Assembly: GCA_951406725.2 (NCBI GenBank)
Contig: OX597834.1
Coordinates: 44,826,001 to 44,890,000 of the forward strand
Direction: 5' to 3'
From: Octopus vulgaris
Lineage: Eukaryota
Length of the DNA: 64,000 nucleotides
The stretch's first letter is position 1. Each line of letters begins with the position of its first letter. Of the stretch, positions 43,369 to 55,928 are shown one piece after another. A program made the position numbers and the translations under genes. The notes under the pieces were generated by a model, which was given only the letters and a program-made list of their open reading frames with translations, ran no database searches and was not told the DNA's origin.

Positions 43369-45166
43369 CATCATAATCATCTTCAGAGCAATCTGTGGTT
43401 GTTCGGGATTCCATTGACAAACTCTTTCCACACTACACGGTCCTGCATTGCTGTGTTCAGATCTCTAATATACATCGCTGAGTCCCGAGATATGGTATCT
43501 GGATATGTCGGTTTCCTGGAGAAAAAACTTCCAGAGGAGCAGAGATAGGAGCAGAGATAAGATAACCTCTTTCTCTGCTCGATGGTGGTGGCCAACACAT
43601 TGTAGCCATTTCTGCTTTAGCTTGAGTAACGCTGGTATCAGATTTCCGTAGAAGTTAATAAGTGTTCGGTGTGATCTCCAACTGATGTTCTGTATCTTTC
43701 TGAGCAGTTTGGTATATGTTCCATCTAGTTGTTTTTCTAAGAGAGCCGATAAGGTCCAGGCCTCTGACTCATAGACGGGGACCGGCTTAATCCCTGTTCC
43801 AAATATCTTAACTGTTAACGTGGGTGGAAGGTTTGAGTGCCAGATCTTATCAAGTCTGTTACACGAATCCCAAGCAAGAGCTTTGGAGATGCGAAAGTCC
43901 TTTTGGGAGTCTATTATTTATGATCCAAGATATTTAAAGTCACCAACGTTTTTGATTGAGATATTATTGAGCAATTTAAGTTCAGTTAACTTGGAGGAAG
44001 TCGTGATAAACTTGGTCTTACTCTCGTTGCAGTAAAAACCGACCTGGTTTGCTGCTTTCTCCAGTGCTCAACAAAGGTTCTGTATGATTAATACAATGGG
44101 AGATCAAAGCAAGATCGTGAGCAAAGTCAAGATCAGTTAAATATTGCGCACAATGGCGACCGCTCTGGCGGGGTTTCAGAAGGTCCCTTTTCCTCCATAG
44201 CGTCTAGGGAAGTGCGAAGATTATAGTCGAGAACAATGATGTACAAGAAACGAGCGAGTCTGACACCCTGCAGAACACCCTGATTCAACTTCTAAGAAAT
44301 CAGTGACTCCATCAGGAGATATAACTGTGTCAGTGGGGTTTATGTACAGCACTCTGAAAGCATCAACAATACCATAGATTGCAATGATTTTAAATATAAG
44401 ATCTGTGATGATGGAATCAAATGCTTTGCGAAAGTCAACAAAACAGCTTGTGGCACTCTTGTTAAACTATTTCAATTCTTCCAGCATGAGACGGATGGAA
44501 ATGATTTCAGCAGTTGCTGACCAGCCCCTTCTTAATCCATTCTGGTTCTTAGGAAGAAGTGGATCGAGCATAGGTACAATCCTATTAAGGAGAAGATCGT
44601 TATAAACTTTTGCTGCAATTGGGATCACGTTAATGCGTCTGTAATTTTCTGCACTTGTTAGATCATCCTTTGGGGGTACAGGGGCATTTCCACCTTTCCA
44701 CCAAGCTGATGTGCATATGTGTCGTTACAGAAATTTAGTATGGTTTCATGAAATATTGCATCTTTCCATAGTAATATTGCTATGTTATCGAATCCTGGAG
44801 ATTTATTGTTAGCGAAACTACTTAGAGCTACTTTGAGCTCATTCAATGTGAAAAAGGTGTCGATATTTGGTGTAGAGGAAGCTGAAGATCGCTAGTTTGT
44901 GGTGTTTCTCCAAGAAGTTTCAGAAAGTGGTCAAACCAGTTGGTCTTGTGCTTCTCAGAGGAACCACCCTTAAGCCTGATGGAGGGCTTAAATTTACTTC
45001 CAGTTAGTGTGTTTATCAATTTCCATACTGTACCATCTTACTTTGCAGTATGCAATTTTGCTATTTTGTTAATATCAAATGGAATGTAATCTGTTTCTAC
45101 ATTGGTATATACCACATCTAGTGTTCCTTGAGTTTTGGAAGCGTCTCTGCAGTCATTTTAGTAGTC
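43369..45166 (-). mobile_element. RTE-clade LINE, 5'-truncated and decayed
   Basis: Minus-strand NKSPGFDNI, NYRRINVIPIAAKVYN..QNGLRRG, FVDFRKAFDSI, GVLQG..FLYIIVLDY, LTDLDFAHDLA, C-terminal MQDRVVWKEFV, and a (TGA)n tail. Confidence 0.9.
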
Positions 45167-45949
45167 TAAGAAAATAAGTATTCTAGAAAATAAATATTGT
45201 AATGATTTCAGAATCTTCTTTTTTTTTTGCTTTTGCCTCGTTCATGTCAAGTTCCTGTTTGCAGCCATAAATTCCTCTGGCGGTGAAATTTTTCCATATA
45301 TCAGTAGAAGATGTACCTAAGCATGCGGTTCATAGCGGATACTTGGTGTTGGACAATTTTCTTCTGTTATTGATACATTTCTGTGCTTTGTAGGTCTATA
45401 CGTCTCCAGAAGTAGCATTCTGAAGACGAATGCTGCAGTTCTGTAGCTTTCGGTAGGATACCCACGTTAAATAACTCATACAGAATGCTAGTTCAACCAA
45501 TACTGTATCAAACGCTAATATTGAATTATAACGCAGCCGAGCAGCTAGCTATTAGTAAAACCAGTTATCTATTAATAACTGCTTTTCTATAGAAGTAGAA
45601 GCAAAATGTGATTGGACATATGGCTGAATGTTAATAATTGTTACTGATGACCGACAAGGACAGAGAAATCAGAAAATCGCAAGTTCACCATTGTTTCTGG
45701 ACACCTTTTGTTTGTTACTGATAAATGTTTGTGTCTATTAGCACTACGTCTACGAGAGATAATAAATCAAGACAATTCCAGACAAATACTGTAGTCTTAT
45801 AGTTTTCGAGAATATAGTCACATTATTATAAGCACACACACACACACACACACATACACACACACACATATGGTGGGCTATGTATGTATGTTTGATTTCA
45901 TATGCGTATATGTTCGTGCTTGTTTTTATGTTCAGTTATAATGGTTTCG

Positions 45950-46122
45950 AATTTTGGCACAAGGCCAGCAATTTCGGGAGAGGGTTAAGTGAATTACATC
46001 GACCCCAGCGATCAACTGTTACTTTATTTTTTATCACAAAGTCGACCTCGGTGAAATTTGAACTCAGAACATACAGAGGGACAAAATGTCACTAAACAAT
46101 GACGATTCTGACAACTCGCCTC
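45950..46122 (-). mobile_element. SINE family B, diverged
   Basis: GGCACAAGGCCAGCAATTTC..AAAGTCGACCTCGGTGAAATTTGAACTCAGAAC..ACTCGCC. Confidence 0.7.
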
Positions 46123-46599
46123 AGTAACTTCAGTTATATATATGTATAGACACTCACACACGTATGTGTGTGTGTGTGTGGGTGGGTGTGGGTGTAAATC
46201 AAGAGAGACGATGGAGATAAGATTAATAAAAACCATTATAAGATTAGGTTTTGTCAATGTATTAATAAATTTTGATTAATCTATCTCATCTTCCCTCTTG
46301 GTTTTTATAATATATATATATGTATGTGTGTGTGTGTGTGCCTGTGTGTGTGTGTACGTGTGTGTGCGTGTGTGCCTATATTATAAGGTATTCAGCCAGT
46401 CTAATCTTGGATATCCCTCTGAGATTTATATACACACATATACATACATACACACACACGCACGTACGCACACACACACATATTTCATTAATCTGATGCG
46501 TTACCCTTTACACTTTTAGAGTACAAATTTTTTATTCTTGAACAAGAATATTATCGACAGTGACTTCGAATGTTCGGCCAGTTAAGCCATCTTTGAAGT

Positions 46600-46644
46600 G
46601 CAGTCCGATGATCGTTTAAATGATCGAAACTTGGAAGTCGCCGT
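46600..46644 (+). ncRNA. Hammerhead-like motif (U4C variant), right arm of a diverged palindrome
   Basis: GCAGT-CCGATGA-TCGTTTAAATGATC-GAAA-CTTGGAAG-TC-GCCGT. Confidence 0.5.
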
Positions 46645-46666
46645 CAATAACTTACTTGTTTAAGTA

Positions 46667-46738
<72 letters not shown>

Positions 46739-46819
46739 GGAGGTTATGAGATGTAATGGTGAAACTCTCTATTTCGTATCTTATCTAAATTAAATTTCGC
46801 TTAACCATCTTTTCACACC

Positions 46820-46867
46820 GTCTCCGATGAACGGATATAATAAATAACCTAGAAACAGCTGTAAGAC
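46820..46867 (+). ncRNA. Minimal type I hammerhead-like motif (U4C variant)
   Basis: GTCT-CCGATGA-[21 nt]-GAAA-C-AGCT-GTA-AGAC; palindromic ACAGCTGT stem III, 4-bp stem I. Confidence 0.55.
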
Positions 46868-46913
46868 CTTCTATTAATAAATGTTCTAAATTGATTTTTT
46901 ATCTCATTGCGAA

Positions 46914-46965
<52 letters not shown>

Positions 46966-47026
46966 CATACATGTTTACGTGTGAGTGATTGTGTGTGGTA
47001 CGTATGTATTCTTATATATACATATA

Positions 47027-47057
<31 letters not shown>

Positions 47058-47371
47058 CAATCTACACACATTAATATATATAGGTATATACATTTACATA
47101 CACGCATACAGAATATACTTATGTATAATGGTAAGCGTGATATATACACCTGTGTCAGTGAATTGTTCTCTCATTTTTCACAACTATATGCAGAGTTGCC
47201 CTTCATTAAATTACACCGGGCTTGTGTCGTCACCCAATAGCGAACTCACCGATAATGATGTTTAATAAAGATTTGACCTTAATAAAGGCTTGACTAGTAA
47301 GTCAATCAAATTAACATTCCAGAAGATAATTCCGTATAGATATAAATTTAACTAAAAGATCGACTGTAGCG

Positions 47372-47448
<77 letters not shown>

Positions 47449-48179
47449 ATATACGGTTTTAAAGATGAAGTTGACGAATGATGACAAATTATAGTTAAAG
47501 CAGTGATAAAAATATGCATAGGTGTATCTAGGCAACAAAACGTTACATTGATAACAATTATGAAACGATCTAATGTGGAGGTAAGAGATAATAGCTGAAA
47601 GAACAATGAAGTTGTGTGATAGAATAGATAAGAGTAAACAAGATATTGATGCGATAAAACAGATGAAACAAACGTTGATAGCAACTAAATAAAGATCTGA
47701 TGTTCGCGATAACGGTCAACAGCTATGACAACAAACTTGCAGTGAAATATAAAAAATAAAGAATGGAGCAGTTAAATGAAATAACGATTCAGGGTTTGAA
47801 GATAACAACTGTGAAATTTACATGCAGAAAGATATAAGAAAAATATTGGAAAAGAGACAAAAATTCATATGGATATTGAAATTATAACGATAATATAATG
47901 TAACACTGTGTGTATGTATAAATATGTGTGTGTGTGTTTGTGTGTGAGTAAAATATAATTTTATCTTCGTTTACTTGTTTCATTCATTGGATTGCAGACA
48001 CACTGGGCCACCGCTTGGAATACAACCACACAGATACTTATTTTTAAATCTGGCTCTTACTCTATCGGTCGCTTTTGCTGTACTGCTACATTACGAGAAC
48101 ATAAATAAACCGCTACGGGGTTTCAAGAGTGTGGGTGTGCGAGTGTGCATACATACATATACATATACATATATATATA

Positions 48180-48226
<47 letters not shown>

Positions 48227-48260
48227 CTCGACAGATCTTTTGTGTATGTGTGTATGTATG

Positions 48261-48311
<51 letters not shown>

Positions 48312-48315
48312 CATA

Positions 48316-48415
<100 letters not shown>

Positions 48416-49287
48416 CATATATATACATAGACCATTTCCTTTGCCGAGTAAACACACGCACCATATATTCGTTCTTCCTTTCAGCTTCCTTATTGCTCTT
48501 ATTTTCATATCTGGTTATACTAGATACTGTCATTTGTTTTCCAAGTCCTATGTTTTATTAAAATAATTTGACTAGCGGCTGATCAGGGTGGGATTTCACC
48601 AACGGCAGACGGTAGTTCAGCGGTTGGTTGGTTGAGTCACAGTAGAACTCTGGTGGTTTAAAGAAGAATGCTTTCTCTGTGTAGTACTAATTTCTTATAG
48701 AATATAAAACTGAATGAGTGTCTGTATGGGGAATCGAACTCACGTTCTCACGTGTATATGTGCGTGTGTAGGTGTGTGCATGTGTGTGTGTGTGCGCGCG
48801 CGTGAGTGTTTGTGTGTCTTATTGTGTCAGTCGGCGTCCCTGCTTGGCAACCAGAATTGGTGTGTTTACATACCCATAACTTAGCTGTTCGGCAAAACGA
48901 ACGGATAAACTAAGTACCAGATTGTAAAACATAATAATATGGTGAATATGTCCATTGCACCGGAAACTTGATATGTCGCTTGTATTTAGAAACCCGGACA
49001 CTTGCTGACAACATGGGTTTATCATTTATAAACTCGAATATTTGATGACAAGAAAATAGAGATATATTATATATAATCTCGACGACCAGTTGATATTAAC
49101 ATGGAGATTATATTATAACATTCGACGATATTGTTGTATCTCTGGTGGGTCTTTATGCCAATAAATACCAGAGGCAATTGTTCTATATCAATTAATTATT
49201 TTAATTTGATAAATAGTTAACCATTTAACCAATTAAGTAATTGATTCTTTGTTTAATTGTTCAGACAATCAATCACGCAGCTAGTTT

Positions 49288-49330
49288 TGTTTAATCGCTT
49301 TCGTCACCATTCGTGATCTCTTCAGTAACA
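49288..49330 (-). ncRNA. Degenerate hammerhead-like motif
   Basis: Reverse complement TGTTA-CTGAAGA-GATCACGAATGGTGAC-GAAA-GCGATT-AAACA. Confidence 0.45.
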
Positions 49331-49529
49331 TACCCTACGAAATATTTAACAATTATTCTCAATATCAATATTTAAGATTTATCAACATAACGCTACACAG
49401 TTACTATTGACAATCTGAGACATATATTGACAATAATATGGAGCTTATATATGACATCTACGTCGGGTGATGATTCATGACAAATGCATATCCCACGTAA
49501 AGTAAACTAGCACAAGTCAAAGGCTATGA

Positions 49530-50010
49530 TGTGTATAATGCATTTTTATAGTTTCTTTGTTTTTCAAATTGAGATAAATTTCTTTTTTAATCTAAAATAT
49601 ATCCACCTTCATTTCCTACAATGAATTTCCATCTATGTGGTAAACGTACGAGGCTCCTCTTCCAAAATTTATTTGCCTGTGATGAAAAATACTCTTCAAC
49701 TACTGTTCTGACCTCGTCTACAGAATTGATATGTTTTTCGCCCTAGTGATTTTGAAGATTGTAGAATTAATGATAATGAGATGGGATATTGTCCAGCGAA
49801 TATGGTGGGTGGGGCATCGTTTCCTATTCAACCTGCTCCAGCCTTTGGAATGTCATCCTAGCTGTATGTGACCGAGTATTATCCTCATGGAAGAGCACGT
49901 TTCATCTTGAAACCAAAGATGGTTGTTTTACTTCTAGCGCTGACTTAAACCGCTCAAGCTGCTCGCAGTAGATCTCCACTGTTATCGCTTGGTTTGAGTT
50001 TAAAAGTTCA
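49530..50010 (-). mobile_element. mariner (DD34D) transposase remnant
   Basis: Minus-strand ITVEIYCEQLERFK..LFHEDNTRSHTARMT..PHPPYSLDNIPSHYH..LPHRWKFIVGNEGGYILD*. Confidence 0.85.
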
Positions 50011-51136
50011 ATGCCTTGTATATTATACTTTTTCAAGCGAACTATTTATCTGTTTTAACATCGATGTGCAGACATATTAGCAACTGAATATACCTGCCGA
50101 CTGGATCTTGTGTGTCAGTATAATTAAAATAGGCGAAGATGTGTCAGATTTTGTGGTTAATTATCTCATTATTCAAGTTATATTCAGGACCGTCTGAACA
50201 CTATTGCAGGCCTATCCATCGGGCAAAAGATCGCATTGAAGCCACTACAGATACAACTACATCATGCATAGATTAGCGGTGGCGTCCTTGGATATGTTGG
50301 GCAGCATACATGCCAATGTCCAGTTTGAAACAAGTCTTAAGAAGGCACAAGTCGTGAATAACCACTCGTCACATGGCTTTCTCTAGATATAGAAATAACA
50401 GAAACGTCTTAATAATGAACAAACAGCTGGTACACAACAAGAATTATCATGGAGATGTTGTGATGTTCATGCACGTATATAAGACAAGTATAAATAAGAA
50501 AAAATATAGAAAAACAAAGCAGCCAACCAACCCCCATCTTGTATGTCAGCAGACAGAGACGACTTTCCTGTTAATTAGAGAGTATGATTAAATATTGATG
50601 ATGTAGTTTGTTTACATCGATTTCAAATTTTAATGTCGTTTCTTGTAATTACAAAATGTTTACTGTTTATTAGCAGCTTCCACACCGTTTCTGCTGTAAC
50701 TGCTCCTGCAATTATAACGTACAGCACATGACCATCACCACGACCACTGCCACCACCAGAACAGCACAACGAACATTACTAGGACTAATACAACCACCAC
50801 CACCACCACCACCACCACCACCACCACCACCACCACCACCACCACCACCACTACCACAAACAACAACAACAACACCAACAACACCAACAGCAACAGCCAC
50901 AACTATTCATTACAGCCAAAATAACAGACACATGAACATAAACTACAGTAAATATACAAATATATACACATACACGATCATGAGCGCATATGAATGCGTA
51001 CGTATGTATATTTACAACAGGAATCATCCATATGTAAGTATTTATGCATACACCAATACTGGAGTATATATCTATATTTTTGTGTATACATATATATGTA
51101 TGTGTGTGTGTGTTTATATATGTATATATACATACA

Positions 51137-51217
<81 letters not shown>

Positions 51218-51219
<2 letters not shown>

Positions 51220-51514
51220 TATTTCTATTTATTTATGCGCCCTTTTCAAGCCTAGCCAGGCTCATGGGCCCGGTTTCCCGGTTTCTATGGCGTATGTGTT
51301 CCTCCCAGCTGGACGGGACGCCAGTCCATCGTAGCGTTACTCAAGAAGCAGGGGCGACAGAGTACAACAGGGCTTGCCACCACCCGCTGCCGGGGCCTCG
51401 TAGAGCTTTAGGTGTTTTCGCTCAATAAACACACACAACGCCCGGTCTGGGAATCGAAACCGCGATCCTCCGACCGCGAGTCCGCTGCCCTAACCACTAG
51501 AACATTGCGCCTCC
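51218..51514 (-). mobile_element. tRNA-derived SINE, family D (V-domain-like motif)
   Basis: Reverse complement GGAGGCGCAATGTTCTAGTGGTTAGGGCAGCGG..GGTTTCGATTCCCAGACC (A/B boxes), GATGGACTGGCGTCCCGTCCAG, AT-rich tail. Confidence 0.8.
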
Positions 51515-51554
51515 ACACACACACACACACAGCGTATATACGCTGAGATACACA

Positions 51555-52285
51555 AAATCTCCTTGTACCGGTTTTTAACCTCATCCTCATTGAAGAACCT
51601 TCACCTGTGCGGAAAACTAATCATGGCTCGGTAATATTGGTAGTTTCATTGTATAGGATTAAGGAAGGACTTCCAGCCCCTCACGTTTGCAAATGGTAGG
51701 ACTGTTAGACAGAGCTGGGGCGTTGTCATAATGTATAATTATGTGTTTCCGATTGACCGATATCGCTTAGCGGGCTTTCAAATATACTCGTTGCAGTTGT
51801 TGATCATAAAGTTTAGCGTTCACAGCAGGGACATCCGAGTTCAAATCAAAACTCAACACCCCATCGTAATTCCTTCAAACACAAAACAGGATCTTCAGCT
51901 CAACAGGTCTACGTTTCAGAGGATTTTCTGAAGATTCGCTAAAATGAATCCATTGATTCCTCTTATTCCGACACAAAAAAGAGAGTCTTTCCTAGCAGTT
52001 GCTTGCAAATGTTAGAGAGCTGTTTTGTCTCGTGATTGGTCAGTATATAAAGAGCTTCACAACACCGTCTTTTCATAGGGAGGGGGGTGATAATGAATAT
52101 GTCTACACATGGAGCCTGGCGAAGGACCAAGCTGATCCGACAATGTACGAGTGCTTGTGCTTGGTTGTTGACCAACAATTTCACACAAAGCCACATCTCC
52201 CACAACAGAAATTTTTCTTAAGCTTGGATTATCTTCGAGTCCGGTGTCACCTTGAAATGTCCGAAAACTTTTCAATCAATCTTGT
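51555..52285 (-). mobile_element. mariner transposase remnant (second lineage)
   Basis: Minus-strand FRTFQGDTGLEDNP..EIVGQQPSTSTRTLSDQLG, KILFCV*RNYDGVL..AVNAKLYDQQLQRV, VNRKHIIIHYDNAPA. Confidence 0.8.
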
Positions 52286-52457
52286 ATATATACATGTGTA
52301 CTTACATGCATACGCACATACACGTATGCATGCATATACATACATACAAACATACATACATATATATACGTATGTGTGTGTGATGCATTGTTTCCATAAA
52401 CCGTACGTATAGGAAACGTCATGTTTCCTATGCATATGTATATATATGTATATGTAT

Positions 52458-52497
<40 letters not shown>

Positions 52498-52788
52498 GCA
52501 TGTATATGGTTGAATTTTTCAGAAAAACAAAAGACGAAGACAGGTGTGTAATCAACAAGGTATATTAATTTGATGCTCGTGAAGGTGTGAAAGTATTTCG
52601 CGTTTCGAGCCTCCGCTCTCCAAGAGAAAACAATAGAAGGAAGTAAACAGTGAGAAGTAAGAATACTTTTGGAGTTAGCGGTCGCTCATGGCACACACGG
52701 AAATATAAATATGAGCCCACGCGTGTATACTTATGTACCTGCATTTACACACACACATACATAAACATGTAAGTAAATAAAACACATT

Positions 52789-52827
<39 letters not shown>

Positions 52828-53016
52828 TTGAGTATTTTATGCGTATGTGTATATATATAAGCATGTATATATATGTGCATACACACACGCACATACACAT
52901 ATATATGTATTTCTCACATTCTCGAGCGTCAAACTAATACACCTTCTTGTAGTTTGGACACCTGTCTTCGTCTTTTGTTTTTCTGTAAATTTCAACTATA
53001 TATGCACACACATACA

Positions 53017-53148
<132 letters not shown>

Positions 53149-53957
53149 CATAGATGAAATTTGCAGAAAAACAATAGAAGACATGCACGTAGACAAATAT
53201 ATAGATATTCTGTTGCTATGTAGTACCCTACAACGTGTGCTTTCTTCTATGCTGGTTTTTGTGAGGGAAATATATTTTTTCAGTGTTTATGATCTTGCGT
53301 GTAATTGTTTGTGAGTGTTTATGTGTGTGTGTGTATGTGTGTGCGTCTGGTGTGTGTCGGAGCTTGTGGTATGTTGTGTTATCAGAAATATTGAATTTTA
53401 CACTAAAGGAGAGGAAGAAGAAGAGAGATAGAGAGAGTGAGAGAGTGTGAGAGAAGGAATCAAAGTGAGAGAGGAGAGACTATAAAATAAAGGCAACTTA
53501 AGTACGTATGCAAGTGTAAATAATTAACGTTTCTCGAGAATATATATATGCACTTATATACATATATATATACACTTATATAAATATGTACATACAATTA
53601 TATACACATGTACATACATACATACATACATACATATATGTGTATGAGTGTGTGTATATATATATGTGTATGTATATATATATATTTACACATATATATA
53701 TATATATTTACACATATATATATATGTGTGTGTATGTATATATTTGTATTAATATATATACATATATATGTGTGTGTATGTATACATGCATACACATACA
53801 ACACACACAAGTATATACACACATATCCTATGTACTTTCATTCATATATAAGTATATGTGCACATATAAACATATACGTGTGAGTGCACATGTATGTTTG
53901 CTCATATGTATGTATATATATATATGCCTATATGTATATGTGCGTATATATATATGT

Positions 53958-54015
<58 letters not shown>

Positions 54016-54273
54016 TCTACCACTGGTATTTGAGTACTCATTTTTCCACCTTGTTTCACATTTATGTGTTTACTCCGGTATATATATATATATATATATA
54101 TAGATATACACGCACACACTCATAAACTCATAAATATCATTTGTATGTACATGTGTGGGCGTGTTTGGGTCTGTCTGTGTGTACGCGTGAGAGTCTGTAT
54201 CTGCGTGACTTTTAGTACCGTTGTGATAATATAGATGTACGAATTAAAAAAAAAGTATTAACGTATTTATGAG

Positions 54274-54374
54274 TCTTCTTCTTCTTCTTCTTCTTCTTCT
54301 TCTTCTTCTTCTTCTTCTTCTTCTTCTTCTTCTTCTTCTTCTTCTTCTTCTTCTTCTTCTTCTTCTTCTTCTTC
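54274..54374. repeat. (CTT)n microsatellite
   Basis: Direct reading. Confidence 0.95.
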
Positions 54375-54530
54375 TATTCATTAATATTTATCAACGATTT
54401 TGATTTTGACTTGTTTTCTTATTTTCATAAGTGAATTCTCAAGTTTCATATTTACCTTTTGGCAAATTACAATATTAGAATCCTATCTCTAAAATGAAAT
54501 GAATAATTAAGTATTTAAATAAATAAAATG

Positions 54531-54576
<46 letters not shown>

Positions 54577-55117
54577 ATGATTATACATTACATTATATAT
54601 ATAAAATGATTATATATATATATATACACATACACACACATATATGTATATTCACATGCAAATATACACACACGCATATATATATATATCCTGTATGTGT
54701 GTGTATGTATATATACCCATGCACATGCATACATGCTCATACATATATATATTCAGATATACATACATTGAAACATAAACCTATTTATATCTGTATATTT
54801 GGAAGCACTGAAACAAAATCAAACATCTAAGAAAATAATATTGGTTGTAGTTCAGTGGATAATCGAACTAATTTTGGCAAAATAAATTAGAAAAACTACA
54901 CACGCAGAGAGTATGCTGAAAGTCTACTATTTATATATAAACGACTTCGAACGTTCTTAAGGTCATATTGGAGAGTCTATATACTTTATTAGCAGCTGGT
55001 TATTATTGATTAAAATTTCCTGAGTTCAATGTTTTTCAATTATGGAAATGATTGAATATATCATCAAATACGTAAATCTCTTATAAATATCTATATCTGC
55101 ATATTGATACATACAGA

Positions 55118-55265
55118 GGCGCAAGCGTGACTGTGTGGTAAGCAGGTTGCTTTCCAACCACATGGTTCCGAATTCAGTCTCACTACGTTGCACCTTGGGC
55201 ACGTGTCTTTTACTATAGCCTCGGGCTGACCAAATCCTTGTGAGTGAATTGGCAGACAGAAACCC
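55118..55265 (+). mobile_element. SINE family A head and core
   Basis: GGCGCAAGCGTGACTGTGTGGTAAG..CACCTTGGGCACGTGTCTTTTACTATAGCC. Confidence 0.75.
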
Positions 55266-55269
55266 TGTT

Positions 55270-55450
55270 TTATATATTTGGTTAGGGCATTCGGCCACGG
55301 AAAACCAATTCAAAGTCGGTTATCGAAACCATATCTCGCCATTCCGAAAAATAAATAGACGATACGTGACCTCACTGGCAGACCTACTATGGGGACTGGA
55401 AGAATCAAAAATTAAATACCAAATGGAATGGTCAAAAATGAAAAAAATAC
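55270..55450 (+). mobile_element. Penelope-like element GIY-YIG endonuclease fragment
   Basis: TENQFKVGYRNHISPFRK..RYVTSLADLLWGLEESKIKYQMEWS resembles the PLE pattern TENTFKxRYxNHxxSF..TxLSxxIWxLK..YxIxWS. Confidence 0.65.
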
Positions 55451-55464
55451 ACACCCATGTAATT

Positions 55465-55812
55465 CTCTCTCTGATAAATGCGCGCTTTTTCGGGGCCTAC
55501 CTCTCGTCGGCATGAATGCACACCGGCCCCACTCACTGATATGAGGCCCAGCCTGCTAGATCAACTGGTTATCAAATAAAGCTCAATATTCTTCTAGCCA
55601 TCGCTCATCGTCCCTTTTTAACCAAATCCAGTGGCTAGCCTTCTCCACTGTAGTTTGGATATCGGTCATAGTGTTATTGACTTTACGATGAGCTAGGCCT
55701 AACGATAACAACAGTCGTCTCACACTGTCTCCAAGGAACCCTCTGCATCCGACTTCGATTGGAAAATGCGCCGTTTTCCAGCCTGCGTCTTCACATTCCT
55801 CGATTAATATAC
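55465..55812 (-). mobile_element. 3' end of an RLE-type non-LTR retrotransposon (Hero/NeSL-like) with 3' UTR
   Basis: LIEECEDAGWKTAHFPIEVGCRGFLGDSVRRLL..EKASHWIWLKR. Confidence 0.8.
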
Positions 55813-55833
55813 AATTCACTATGTGTGCTTATC

Positions 55834-55883
<50 letters not shown>

Positions 55884-55888
55884 CACAT

Positions 55889-55928
<40 letters not shown>

